Source: Camelus dromedarius (Eukaryota). Taken from it: DNA of 64,000 bases. The position numbers were made by a program, and so were the translations under genes. Location of the stretch: assembly GCF_036321535.1 (NCBI RefSeq), contig NC_087436.1, forward strand, positions 20,648,001 to 20,712,000, read 5' to 3'. The notes beneath the pieces were generated by a model. It did not search any database. It had not been told where the DNA came from and saw only the letters and a program-made list of their open reading frames with translations. Of this stretch, positions 38,210 through 51,449 are shown in pieces. Within the stretch, counting starts at the first letter, position 1, and every line of letters starts with the position of its first letter.

Positions 38210-38786
38210 TTTCAGGCCAACAGAATACATGAATGACAAAAACAATCATTGGGACTATTAAATAAATTTAAAAATTAAAATAAAAATCTGAGAGTAGGTT
38301 CTGGGCTTAAGAGACATGTAAGTCATATGCAGCAATTATTTAAGCAAGAGCAACAATGAGAGAAATCCTTTTGGTGCTGGATGCTCCCATTCATATTAGG
38401 GAAACTATAAGCCTGATCTGTGAAAGGTGGGTTATTTGTTCTGTGACCACAGTCCCTTTACCGTCTCATTAATTCAAAAATTCACAGAATACAATGTCTG
38501 GCAGGGATCAAGACATAGACCGGCTGTGACTTAAGGCGGAACTAAGTCCATCCAAGGTGAGAAATTTTTTCTGTATTTCCTTTCTTTTGAAGATGGAGAA
38601 AGTATGACCAAAAGGTTTGACCTGTTTCTAACAAGAAAGAGCAAATCTGAAAGAAAAGGCCAGGTCTCCCAGAGGTGGAGCTGCTGGAGGCCATGAGGTC
38701 TAGCTCTGGCTGAATACCAAATCCACTAAGAACCACTTGGCCCTCTTAACCTTTAATTTCTTCTATAAAAAAGAGCCCAGGCAGCA

Positions 38787-39080
38787 AAACTTCTCTGTAT
38801 GATACTATGATGGTGGATCCATGTCATTACACACGTGTCCAAACCCATAGGCCGTCCGACACCAAGAAGGAACCCTACTATGAACTATGGTCTTTGGGTG
38901 GTAATGACGTGTCAGTGTAGGGTCCTCAATTGTAACAAATGTTTCACTCGGGGAGCCTAGGTATTGATAATGGGGAAGGCTATGCATGTGTGGGGACAAA
39001 GAGTACACGGTAAATCTCTACTTTCTGCTCAGTTTTGCTGTGAACTTCAAACTGATCTAAAAATTAAAGTCTTTGAAAAA
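38787..39080 (+). mobile_element. L1MC-type 3' end
   Basis: tgtatgatactatgatggtggat...aactatggtctttgggtg...ttttgctgtgaac..aaact. Confidence 0.8.
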
Positions 39081-39879
39081 AAGGAGGGGGGGTGACTGAT
39101 GCCAGCTACCTTAGAATGCTGCTGAGAGGTATCAGTAAATTGTCATGCATGGCACACTCGGTTAACTGCTCTGCACCAAGGTGCTTAATACAAGCCAGCT
39201 TTACTTTTAGCCAATAATGATTTTTGTTTCTTTTCTGCTTTATTAAATCCTCCTCTGCTTGAAATACTCTTGGAGGGAGGCAAGCTGTTCCATCAGCCCT
39301 CCACCGCCCGAGGAGGTAAGACTCCACAGCTCAGGCATCTCGACACACGAAAGGGCTATAAAGCACCTCACCCTGTGTTTTTACACTGAGGGTCCGGGAC
39401 CCCCCGGGAAGGTGGCATGAAGGCTGCAGTGGGATTGTGGTGACTCAGGCTGCTCGACTTCAAAGTGCTGCTTTGTGGTGGTATCCACGCGTTCTGAGCT
39501 ATAGGAATGGAATGTGACAGTTTCCTCCACATCCTGAACCCACCTTAAGTATTCCCTGTCGCACAGATTTTAAGGTCTGCCGAGATGCCAAAAAGGAAAT
39601 GAACTGTAGACTTGGACTTTGATGGAGGGGAGATGAAGGGCAGGAGGGATTATAAAAATAAAAAGTTTGAGAAATACTCACCTTGCACGTAGTGAACACT
39701 CAATAAACATTAAATAGCAATAATAACTTAACTAGTAAATGAATAAATGTGGCCAGATACCCCTTAGTATGAATAACAGACCACAGATTGGATGAAACTT
39801 TCATCACAGAATTGCTATACTATATACTTCCTAGCATTTTTCAAGTGTATACCAAATTTCTCACTCTACATACTTCTTT

Positions 39880-40110
39880 TTGTTAATTTTTTAAAAATTG
39901 AAGTATAGTTGATTTACAATGCGGTGTTCATTTCTGGTGTACAGCGTAGTGATTCAGTTATACATATATGTTCTTTTTCAAATTCTTTTCCATTATAGGT
40001 TATTATAAAATATTGAATATAGTTCCCTGTGCTGTACAGTAGGTCATTGTCTATCGATTCTGTATATAGTGGTTTGTATCTGTTAATCCCAAACTCCCCA
40101 CCCCACCTCC
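39880..40110 (-). mobile_element. L1 3' end fragment (same family as 20079)
   Basis: ttgaagtatagttgatttacaatg...gtgattcagttata...ctgttaatcccaaactcc. Confidence 0.85.
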
Positions 40111-40759
40111 GCACATACTTCTCAGTGGTCCTTTCTTTATGATTCATTGTGGTAAACAGTCAATCTGAATTCCTCTGGTATTCGTAATTTTTTTTTTCAA
40201 GAAAACAAGGTTTACATTTAGCTCAACTCCTTACAAATGACACTGAGAAATACATTAAGTGAAGCTATGATAATAAGAACTATAATTTATCTACCAGGTA
40301 TGTCAGACACTCTACTTGGTGCTTCACTTACAGATTTGTATTTAATCATTACAGCATCCTTGCCAGGTGGCTATTAATAGCCCCATTTCATGTATAAGGA
40401 AATTAACATTTAGAAGGATTGAAGGAGACAAATTCAAGGTTCATTATCTCTCAGAACTGTTTCGATTTGTCTTAATCATGACATTGGTCCAACAGTGTTT
40501 ATCTCATAACAGCCCTCCAAAATGCTAAGGCGATTTTTTTCTCCATGAAATTGTCCTCTTCCCTGTCTGAGCTGCCTTCTCAGTCTGCTTCACACATTAC
40601 TAGCAGACAGAGGGCAAAATACTGGGTGAGATAATGACCTGGTGTGTTATAGAGACACAACCTTGGACACCACTCTAGGCTGCTGTGGGCTCAGAAACCC
40701 TCTCCCTCCCCCCCTTTCCGAATCCCTGTCGGGAAGGAGAGAGGAGAGGCTTGTCTCAC

Positions 40760-40903
40760 CTGCCGGGGTCGTGGAGGCCGTGGGCAAACACTTCGGGGGG
40801 CTGGTTGGTGCTGTTGAAATGCGGGTTGCTCTTGGGGATGGAATAAGGCACGTGGCACACGTCTGCGTCCACGTCCAGCCGCAGCACAGAACCCGTGAAG
40901 TCA
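40760..40903 (-). CDS. HHIP: HHIP exon 7 (144 bp): DFTGSVLRLDVDADVCHVPYSIPKSNPHFNSTNQPPEVFAHGLHDPG(R)
   Basis: Translation; acceptor tcctcag|T, donor GGCAG|gtgaga; phase 2->2. Confidence 0.97.
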
Positions 40904-41488
40904 CTGAGGAATCGGAGGACCACGTAAGTGCTTTCCGTTTCTGTTGTATTGCTCTACGGATAAAAGAACTCCCCCTCCCCATCATTCGAGACAAAATTAC
41001 TGAAGTTCAAAATTCCATATCGTGGGAAATGAAACCGAGGGAAGTTTGATTTCAGACAAGGCTCAAGGGTGCCCAGAGGCTGCAGCATCAGTGGCGTCCT
41101 GTTTCTGCATCCGTCCTCTAAATTTTTTTTGGCCAATCCACGTGTTTAATGCCCCCCAAAAGCTCGGCTGGACGGTGCTGTCCGTCTCAAGAGGTGTTGA
41201 AGGCAGCGTGGCCGCGCGGGGCGGCCGAGCCGCAGCTGCTGACCAGACTAGGCAGCGGGAGCTCGTTATAGGACATCTCAGTACAGCGACTTTCAAAAAT
41301 ATTACATCAGCATGTTTACTGAATTCCCCTTCACCTTATAAATGCAGGCGCTGATAGTAAAAGTGAAATATTTAACCAAGGTGATACAACTCAAAGACAG
41401 TTCTCAGCTCACTGATTCTGACTCTTTTTCCTGGCACTTAAAACATTTTAACATCAAGGGGAACCTTTTTTTTTTTTTTTTTTTTTAC

Positions 41489-41662
41489 CTTAATCCATCC
41501 ATTTCTTCCATGTCGTCCAGTGTGATCATCCCATCACCGAGGATGATGTACAAAAAGCCGTCGGGACCGAAGAGCAGCTGGCCTCCCAGGTGTTTTCTGT
41601 GAAGCTCTGCAACTTCAAGAAACACTCTGGCTGTTCTCAGGTCAGCTTGATGGGGGTTTTTC
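41489..41662 (-). CDS. HHIP: HHIP exon 6 (174 bp): KNPHQADLRTARVFLEVAELHRKHLGGQLLFGPDGFLYIILGDGMITLDDMEEMDGL(S); includes the Hedgehog-binding loop with Asp383
   Basis: Translation; acceptor ccatgtag|G, donor TTAAG|gtaaaa; phase 2->2. Confidence 0.97.
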
Positions 41663-42045
41663 CTACATGGTGAGGAGGGAGCAAACCACGATTGTTAAAG
41701 ACGTAAGGTGGATCCGCAGAAAGTAAGTAGCACACAAACAGGGACGCAAACACCTGGCCCATAAATAAGCAAACATATACTTAAAATGCAGCAGATAAAA
41801 ATGACTGAGAAATCACATTATTTTCTAGGTTTCTTCTGAAGTGACATTAGGTGGCAAGAGAATTGCAGGGCAGGTGCCAAAGCTACCATTGTCCACAATT
41901 TTCCTGAAAGAGCCATATGGGGTTTTAAGCAAGATGGAGATGGTGGTTTAATTATTGCCACCTTACGGTTAATTATTTGTAATATCAAAACAAAAAATTA
42001 GGAAGGGCAGATGAGAAAATAAGGCTAAATGACTTTCAGTGATAC

Positions 42046-42197
42046 CTGGATACTGTGTATTCCACCACTCTCAGTATATGGTCGTGAGGCCCCATAGCCC
42101 ACCGTTCTTGGTTGGTGGTATAAGACACGTAGAGCTTTCCATTTTTCTTGTAATTGGGATGGAATGCAAGGCTTAGCAGTCCTCTTTCATCTCCTCC
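42046..42197 (-). CDS. HHIP: HHIP coding exon 5 (152 bp), beta-propeller: GGDERGLLSLAFHPNYKKNGKLYVSYTTNQERWAMGPHDHILRVVEYTVS(R)
   Basis: Manual translation matches HHIP as recalled; acceptor tttgactgcag|GGA, donor TCCAG|gtatca; phase 0->2. Confidence 0.97.
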
Positions 42198-45100
42198 CTG
42201 CAGTCAAATGAAAAACACAAAGAATTGTGAAGTTAATTATGTTCTTTATTGTGTTTCAACTGGAACCCCCAAAAGAGTCTCTTTCTTTCTTCTGGATAAT
42301 CTTTGCCCAAACTCTTTTCTTTTCTTCCTTGCCTACTGCACAAAAAGGATTATAAAACATTTCACTTTGCGGAACTCTTTAAGGGTTGGAAGGAGACAAT
42401 TGCGTCGCACGGTTATCTATGAGTACACCACTTTTGTCGAGTGATTTGTGTATGGAATCTGGGGGAGCTCGGAAGACAAGTTTAAGTGCTGTGAAGAATT
42501 CTTTGCTGGGTTACTAGGTTGCTTGCAGTTCACAGAAGACAAATAAAAAGGTTCGTAATCAGCAGTCACTTCCAATCCAAGTCTCCAAAACCTAAAACAC
42601 AGTGTGGGCTGCCAACTCCCACTGTCTTGGCAATATGTTTAGAAAACAGTTAAATTGCTTGTGTAATATGTAAACCTTTGTTTTACCCTGGAGGCAGCTA
42701 CATCAGTTGTCACGACCATGGTGGTCTGCTCGTCATAGCAAGGTAATAAGCAGCCTTGGCCCTATCTACATAGAAATGAGGTATTTTTACATGTCTCCCT
42801 TCCCTGGATAGAGTTTTTCTTTACAGAAAGAGGGAGAAATGAGAAGTGAGCTAAAAGCCAGGGCTGGGATGGGGGTGGGAGAAATACTCAAAAGGAAAGG
42901 GGACACTTGGAAATAAAAGAAAAATCCCAAACAAATTTCTTTTGTTATTATATGAATGTCAAGAATTGTATACATTAGGCATGCCAAATGCTGTAACAAT
43001 TAAAACATCATCATGTTTCTTAAATAGAAAGGCATTTTATCTTTATTTTCTGCTAATTCAGCTTGAGGAAACTCAATATGGTCTCGGCATTTGTTTTATC
43101 CCACAAGTAGTCTAGGAATTTCTATAATGAAATCAAAGTATCTAAAATTATCTAGATCAGAGACTTCAAGTTCATGTGCTAGTAAGCCAGGGAGCCCTTT
43201 CTCTGTAGCCTGACGGGCTATACACAGTGGAGAAAAATGTGACAGAAACTGAATGTTACAATTGTCACTAGGACATCACCTTCCACACGCTATTCCACTA
43301 AACATCACAACATCTCCTATGGTGAACAGCTGTCAGTCACTCCTCGGAAGAGTTAGAGGACAAATAAATCTCTAATACTGTAACTTCTTTACAAGGTCAT
43401 GCTCAATCATGGACGCACTCTCCGGCCTTTGTCCCCTGGAAGAGCATGTGTTACTAGCAAAGCACAGAACTGTTTGTAGTTTGTGTGCTACATGGATTTG
43501 TGAATTTACAGTTTTAGGCATAAAATCGGGCTTTTAATAAACATAGTTTTAATTCCTGGATTAGAGAAAAACTCCTTCAAATGCATGCCATCCAAAGCAG
43601 AAACATTCAGACTTTAAGAGAGTATAAATAATAAAGTGGATGCAAAGATCCCAGAACTACCAAATGATTCTTCATACTAATCTAAAAAGTCAGCCTCTTC
43701 ATTTGCAATATCACCATATGCTTAATTTTAATTTTAGGCAAAGGAACAATCTCACTGAAGGGTAAGGCTCTCTGACTGTGATTTATGAATAAGCCTCTGT
43801 TTTTTGGATTGTCTTGCTACGACGATTTTAACATTGGCTCGTCGTTGCTGTTTTTCTTCTTCTATCTTCATTAAACAAATATCTCTTGCCTTTCTGATGA
43901 GACGTAGAAAGCAGGGATGTGTAAGTAAGATTCGGTCATAGAAAAGCCCCTGCATGTCTAAACCTCCTTGATGGATGTATAAGGAGGCCCTGGGGGGTTC
44001 GGGTGGGGATTTAGTTCGTGATTAATTCTCCTTCCGCACATATTTCCCCCTAAATCTGTGAATGCAGGGTAAGTACAGCACACCCACTTCACAAAAGTTT
44101 GTGTTCCCTTATAAGAAGCTTTTGTTGAAAGTAGGTCTTTTGTAACTTTTAATCAAATCATCTGAAAGACAGTTTGAGCTGGAAAGCAACATGGTTTAAA
44201 ACTGTGCTGGCTGGTTTTTCGGGAATTAGGAATGTAGGATTCACGCACAAGAGAAAGATGGACGGGCAAAGGGATTTAAACAAATCCCCAAGTGATGGAA
44301 GTTCACCTTAGAGATGTCCTTATTGTGTGAATGTTTTGGGGGGGGCACCACTGACTTCTAATAAAGTGCCAAATATAGAAAGAGAGTGAGACATTTGAAT
44401 GACAAGAAAATAAATCAAGAAAGCCATTTAAAAAATGTCAATAATCCTGAATTTTTCAGGTTATAGGATTTACATTTGTTTAATCATTACATATGATTTC
44501 ATGTTTTTAAAGTCAACTTCTAGGTGCAAAGTAGTGTTGTGGGGGGTTTAGACACATGACTAATTACTTTTAAGTCATTTCAGAGAAATACTCTCATAAC
44601 TATATTGAGGACAAAATTTAATATTTTATGTAAATATCCTAGAGTGTCTCTCGAAACTAGCTTTTAAAATTATCTAGGATAACACAACTCCTAAATGTTC
44701 AGAGACTGGGAAAGAGACATGTATGACTGCTGTCAGGAGATTAAAATATTAGTAGGCTCACATAGCTTGAATTAGCCTTCAGAGTTACGCTGTCCATTCA
44801 AAGTATGTTACTGACCAATCACAAGCATGGAGAATACGTCGATTGGGTGTTTAAGCCTTAACTTTGGAGCAGGGTCAGAGGCCACACTGCCAGAAACACC
44901 ACGAGACATCTGACGCTTCCAGGTCCTCTATGGTTGCTTCAAGCATCGTCTTCATTGGCATCAGAGCCGGGGTGTTGGCCCCTGGAGGCAGGACGGAAGC
45001 CAGCAGCCCAGCTCTCCCAGGCTCAGCAAGAAGCCCTTGTGTTGATGTTACTGACTTTCCCCTTCCTCCTTCCCCTCATTATGTGTAGCCTGATGGAATT

Positions 45101-47210
45101 AAAACCATGCAGCCTTCCAGAAATGTCAAATTATTGAACTGTTTCTGGTGAGCATCTGGGGAGAAGGAACCTCTAGTGATTAATTAGTTCAGCCAAGCTG
45201 GTTAAAAAGGGAGAAAAACATATTCGTAGAATGGCAAAGGAAGACCCGTGGTGCGGGGAGCCACACCTTTCAAAACGACAGTGACTTCTAACAGCATAGT
45301 TTTGAAAACTGTTAACTCAATGTCCAAAATATTTTATCCTTCCCCATGTGAAAAGCAGCAATGTGTCCAAACTATTCACATTATACTTTGTACTTCATTA
45401 CTGATAAGAAGCCCTTTGTGTATACCTTATGCTTCTAGGAGCACGCATCACTACTAGAACAAATGGGCAACAAGTAATTTATAAGCGAGATGTCAGGGTT
45501 TCCTCTGTTTGGGTAATTTTTTTTCCCCCCAAGCTCACTGATTGTACTCTCATCTGAGCATCTTCAGAGGCTACAACGAGCTTCTCCCTTTGTCCCTTCC
45601 CCTTGCTCAGTCCTCCCAGTACCACATCAACTTCTGGACAGACCCTCACCAAGCACCAATGACTCCTCAAAATCAGGTAGTCGAATGATTTGAAGATAAT
45701 ATCTCTATACACTTTGGAGCCTTGAGATTAACCCATGTTTCAGAATAAATCATAAAACCCTTCTTAGGGACTTTGAATAAGTAGTTCACTGCCATTCTGA
45801 TTATCATTCAGCTCTCAGGAACAATTTCACACAGTCAGCAGAAAAGAGACAAAACCCCCAAACAAAGAGGATCAATGACTTTCGTGTAAATCCTAGATCA
45901 GATCTAGTCCTATAGTTTTGAGGTAAACTCCTCCCCGGTGAGCACCTCAAAGTTCTAACCAATTGATTAAGGAAGATTCTTTGAAGGAAATGAAGCATCT
46001 GTTGAAAAAGACAGGTAGTCATAAAATGATTCTGACAGAAAGAATTCTTTTTCTTTTTTAAGAGAACTTGTGGGGCATGGTCTTTCATGATGGTATTTTA
46101 AAGAAAACATTAACTTCATACTTTCAATGTGGTTAAAGTTAATTTTTTCTGATTTCCAACTTCTTTAAAATTTGTTTTAACATTTTATATTTGACAATTG
46201 ACTTGTGCATTTTAGGAAACAGGACTGGACAGCACTGAACTGGAAGCACTGTTTCTCATTTTTGCATAGTTTTCTTGGTGACCATTTGGGAAGTGACTAG
46301 GTTCAAGTTCAGCAGTGTACCCAGCGGGCCTATGGCAATGAAACAGAAAGCCAGGGAATGTAAATTAAACAACACACTGCTGAGTTCAAGATATTCCTTG
46401 ATACTGCCTTGACAAAAATTTTTGTATTTAACATTCATTCGACAAATATTTATTGAATGCCTACTACGCGTTAGACCTTGTACTTGGCACCAGGGATAAG
46501 ATAATCAATAAAAATGAATTCCTGCCCTCCAGGAATTTTTGCATGGAAGCAGATAACAAAGTGAGTTTTTAGTTGTTTCACCCCCCCTCCTACTTTCTTA
46601 TGATGCTGATTTGGGGTTTTGTGGAGGGGGATCTTAAACAGTGCTGTGCTATTAGAAATACGCAGGGCCCAAAATACAAGTATTAAAGAGAATAAACACA
46701 TGTTCTGGGTAACTTCCGACACAAAGGTTAATTAGTATATTATCACTGAGCTTTCTCTACTGTAAAACATGATGGGAAAAAGAAAAAAAGCTTGGTTTTA
46801 TAACAGATAAATTACATGAAAATTAGGCAGAGTTTCTGCCAACACAAGACCACCTTCTAACTTAACTTACATACACGCCCCAGGCACACAGGTGTGAAGG
46901 CCTCCAGCAGAACTGTTGTTCTCTTAATAACGAAAGGGCTTCTAAGGATTAACATAAGAACCGAGGGGTGGTATTTTTAATTCTCTATAAAGTCTATACT
47001 TTTATTATAAGGCAGGTTATGGCATTTCCTTTGTTAATTGTGATCCAAATGTCTATGTTTTGCTAGCACGTGTCAGGAAAGGAGCAAGAGGACTTGGAGA
47101 CCAGTGTGGACCACTCAAGCAAACCTGTGCTTCTGAGACCGGAACCTTTCGCTGTTCAGACAAGAGAAATAAATTTGTCTGAGAATTGTTAATTCAAACA
47201 GAACATCAGG

Positions 47211-47678
47211 TGTCTTCGTTTTCTATTGTTGCTGTAAAAAAAAATCACCACAAACACAGTGGCTTGAAACAACACAAATCTATTATCTTAAAATCTGTAG
47301 GTTAGACTACAGCATGGGTCTCACCTGGCTAAAATAAATGTGTCTGCAGAGCTGGGCTGCTTTCTGGAGGCTCTAGGGCATAATCCACTTCCTTTCCCTT
47401 TCCAGTTTCAAGAAGCCATGTGGCATCCTTGGTTGGTGCCCTCTACCCTCCATCTTCAAAGCTGGTTATGGTAGGCTGAATCCTCATAATCTCATCGCTC
47501 TGACCTTCTCTGCCCCATCGTCCACTTTTAAGACTTTGTGATGACACTGAACTCATCTAGATAATCCAGTGTAATTTGAATTCCCCTTTGCCAGGTAAAG
47601 TAACATAATCACAGGTTCTGGAGATTAGGTTGAGGACATCTTTTGGGAAAGAGCATTACTCTTTTTTGGTCTACTACA
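47211..47678 (-). mobile_element. MLT1D-like MaLR solo LTR
   Basis: accacaaacacagtggcttgaaacaacacaaat...ttctggaggctctaggg...cacaggttctggagattagg..gacatct. Confidence 0.8.
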
Positions 47679-48239
47679 TGTCTACTTTAATCTGTGTTTT
47701 AAAAGGATCCAAAGCACTGATGCCTTGAACCATCTTGGCCATGCCCTACTGTGAGTGCCCTGAAAGAGGAGACTGGTGAAGTTCACCCACAAATTCATAA
47801 AGAGATACTTAGGGAAAGCTCTCCCACAGCAATCACTCTCTCTTAGCTGTCCGTGTTGCAAGATCAACCAACACCCTTCGGAGTGAAGTGAAAGCACTTT
47901 TCAGAATTGAAGAGAAGGTGGAGACCATTAGATAACATGTGAGCATATATGAATTCAGTCAAGAGCAAAACTGTATTTATCCCAGGATGCAAAGAAGGAA
48001 AAATTTCAACATGAGCAAACTGTTTCTACTAAATGGACGATTTTAATCTCACTAAAACTTATTTTGCTTAGTTCGTAAGTTTCAAAACACACTGTATAGT
48101 ATTAATTTCTTCACAACACCTGGAAAAGACAGGAAGCAGTGCTTTTCAATAATTCCAAAAGTCTAATTTGGTCTCAGAAGAAGAGTCAATCCCCTGAGGA
48201 CCCTGAGTTAGCTTATGGGAGGGGCTGCATGATTTGTTT

Positions 48240-49062
48240 CTGTGCTATAATGAAAAATAGACTTGGTCTTTGTCCCTGGTTTTTGGCACAGACCTCCTAA
48301 AACCACTGGAATTTCCTGAGTGACAGGAGTATCTTTTGTCCTTGCTAATGGTCAATCTCACCTGAGTTTATGCTAAAGAAGTGATTCTTGGTGGACCGTC
48401 AGATACCTTCAGGAAGGGGGCTGGTGCCAGAGGAACCAACAAAGGTAATTAAAGGATGAGTACTTTCAGTCCCACCCTCCAACCTCCAGGGAGGAGAGAG
48501 GGACTGGAGGTTGAGTTCAATCACCAATGGCTATGATGGAATCAATCATATCTACTTAATGAAGCCTCCATGAAACCTTAAATGATGGCGTTTGGAGAGC
48601 TTCCAGGTTGGCCAACACACTGAGGTGCTGGAGGGTGGCATGCCCAGAGAGGGCATAGAAGCTCCACGTCCCCCCAGCCCCATGCCTTTCCCTATGTGTC
48701 TCTTCCGCCCTCTGACTGATCCTGAGCTGAAGCTTTCATAATAAACCAGTAATAGTAAGTAAAGCAGCTTCCTGAGTTCTGTGAGCTGTTCTATGAGTGA
48801 CTAAGTTTGCGGGGGAGCTGGTAAGAACCCCTGAATTTGTAGTCATTTGGGCAGAAATGTGCGAAGCCAGTGCTTGGAACAGAGATAGTCTTGTGAGACT
48901 GAGCTCTTAATCCATGGGGTCAAGGTTAACTCCAGGGAGTTAGTGTCAGAATGGAACTGAATTGTTGAACACCCACTTGGTGTTGGAGAATTGGTTGCTG
49001 TGAGAAAAAACAAAACAAAACAAAACAAAAAACCCCAACTCTGTCATCTGGTATCAGAAGAC
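48240..49062 (+). mobile_element. MER21-like ERVL LTR
   Basis: cacctgagtttatgcta; ggaggttgagttcaatcaccaatgg; aataaaccagtaatagtaagtaaa; tagtgtcagaatggaactgaattg. Confidence 0.8.
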
Positions 49063-50519
49063 ATTCCAGAAAAAATCTGAGAGGTTCTTTAGCTCATCCT
49101 CCTCTCTAGGGAGAAGGTCATGGTCAACTCTATCGAAGAAGTTGAAGTTATACTTGGAATAATTTGGTACTCACACAAATTTTACTTTGGAAATCAACAT
49201 TTTTATAAAATATCTTGTGCCATTTTATTATTCACTCTTTCGGCTTTTCTTCCCTTCACTGTACTCTGAGCATGAAAGCAGCCACAATACACTAAGACCC
49301 TATCACATATGGTACTAATTCTCCCCATTTCTTTAAAATTTCCTCTATTTTTCCAGATTTGGTTTTTCTTTTAGAGAAGTCTTTAACTTCCTTCAACTAC
49401 TCTCTCGGTTTCCTGATGACTGAATGCTCTTCCAGGCACTGTCTTGTCCCTTCAAGGCCTCACTTCTGTCTAATAGTACTTCCCACTGCTCCTGTTCTCA
49501 AAGAAAGTATTTACAGCCTTCACGTGCTGGCAGGAGCCATGGCTACCCTGAGCACACTCCCCCCACAGGGAGGTCTGTCCTTCGAATGAAGTTGGAGAGA
49601 CGCTAGAAGATACACGGCAATTCAGAGTTTTTAGGATGTGTCTTAAGGGGAATATGATTTCTGCCGTGGACCAATTGGTCCATGTCAAATCTATGTTTAG
49701 GATTGCACATTTTATCTTCTGAAGGTATAGCAAATGCAAAAACAGACTAGAAAAGTACACATGAGAGGATGGAAGATAATCTAGATGCAGACCAGCTATC
49801 TCCAAGTCACAGTACCTTCTTCAACAATTCTCCTCCTCACTCTTTTCAAACATAAACAAAATAAATCAGTTACACTGGGTTTAAGTTCCAACCAACACAG
49901 AGGGAAGATACTAAAGGTGATTCTTTTCTAGAATTTACAGCTTCCCAGCTGCTTCTCATTCCATATACTAATGTTCTTTTGACATCTCCCGCCTACAGGG
50001 AAAAAAGTACACAGATATTCAGTTATATATGTAAAAACTGTTACGGTCACACTATTTTATGTGTGGGTGTACACGATTTATATTACACAAATTTTATGTT
50101 TGTCAGATGGAATCAACTTCCATATTTCTGTTTTTCCCTAAGTTTTTACCTGTTTGAACTGTGACCTCTAACCCAGTATGGCACATTACATGGTGGATTG
50201 GCTTGTCCCTTTTACACTGTCCATGCAGCAGTTAGCTGCAGTGGAACCTTTCCACGTGCTACCCGAGGAATCCCATATGCTCTCAGGGACTGGCCTGAGC
50301 ACTAGGGACTATCTGACTCAGTGTGTGTCAAGAGTTAATAATACCTGTGACATCCCAAAGTTCAGTTCTCCAAAACATCTACTCTAAAAGAAAAGATGCT
50401 TCAAATTAAACTTAAAAATATTAAAACCAAAATGCATGAAACATCTATTTGAAATAATAATAAAATACTAAAGCTACAAAAAGTGTAAATTCCTCTTAGA
50501 AACAAAATTCTAAGAATTT

Positions 50520-50660
50520 TTTTCTATTTCTTACTTTTGTATCTATAAGAAATGATAGATGTTCACTAAACTTACTGTGGTCATCATTTCATGATGCTGT
50601 AACTTTAAACTTATGCATGCTGTATGTCAATTACATCTCAATAAAACCAGAAGAAAAAAC
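50520..50660 (+). mobile_element. Old L1M 3' end fragment
   Basis: gatgttcactaaacttactgtgg...tgtatgtcaattacatctcaataaaac. Confidence 0.65.
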
Positions 50661-50924
50661 ACCCCCAAATCCTAGCACTCAACACTTTTTTGAAGAAGGA
50701 AATGTACAGGGGTGTTGGCAACACTTAGAGAAAGCAAACCTCTTATGCTGTATGTTTAGGGTACGTGAAAATAAATGAACAATAGTTTGACAAAAAACCA
50801 AGAGTATTCATGGAGTTAAAAATGAATAAAAATGATAATTAAAAAAGACTATGACTATACTAAACTCTTCTGTTACAAGCTACAGGTTTAATACTTGTTG
50901 GACCTTAGATTTTAAAAAGTGTCT

Positions 50925-51128
50925 ATTTCCTGTATAACACAGGATATTCACTTTCTTGTAATAACCTATAGTGGAAAATAATCTGAAAAAAATTATATGT
51001 ATATATATATATTTTGCTGTGTACCTGAAACTAACACACTATTATAAATCATCTATACTTCAACTAAAGAAATAATGAAAGGAGAAAGAAAAGAAAGAAA
51101 AGAAAGAAAAGAAAGAAAGAAAGAAAAC
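50925..51128 (+). mobile_element. L1 3' end fragment with a GAAA-rich tail repeat
   Basis: cctgtataacacagg...tgctgtgtacctgaaactaacac...tatacttcaa, then (GAAA/GAAAA)n. Confidence 0.75.
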
Positions 51129-51260
51129 ACATTTCTAGACTGAACTGTAAATGAGTGAAGTATTGGGCAGCTACATTGTTAGGCACAGCAAAATGTATGT
51201 AATTTATGTAATATGTAAATTAGGAACTAAACCAATTCTCCTCTAGACTATGAGCTTCTT

Positions 51261-51426
51261 TTTTTTTTTTTTTAAATAGCATTACTCTTTTTTGTTGTAT
51301 TATTTATTTTACTTTGGTGGAGGGGGATAATTAAGCTTTGTTTATTTTTAGGAAGTACTAGGGATTGATCCCAGGATCTCATGCATGCTAAGGATGAGCT
51401 CTACTGCTTGAGCTATACCCTCCCTA
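51261..51426 (-). mobile_element. Vic-1-type SINE inserted into an old L2-like fragment
   Basis: tRNA head, A-rich tail; TSD act(a/g)tgagcttctt at 51247-51260 and 51427-51440. Confidence 0.85.
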
Positions 51427-51449
51427 ACTGTGAGCTTCTTAAGGGCAGG

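Noticed and set aside
40642..41602. Plus-strand ORFs of 135, 110 and 86 aa
   Set aside because: They lie antisense to GC-rich HHIP exons 6-7 and intron 6; no independent splice or homology support.
49667..49682. 16-bp palindrome tggaccaattggtcca
   Set aside because: About one such palindrome is expected by chance in 64 kb; no supporting context.
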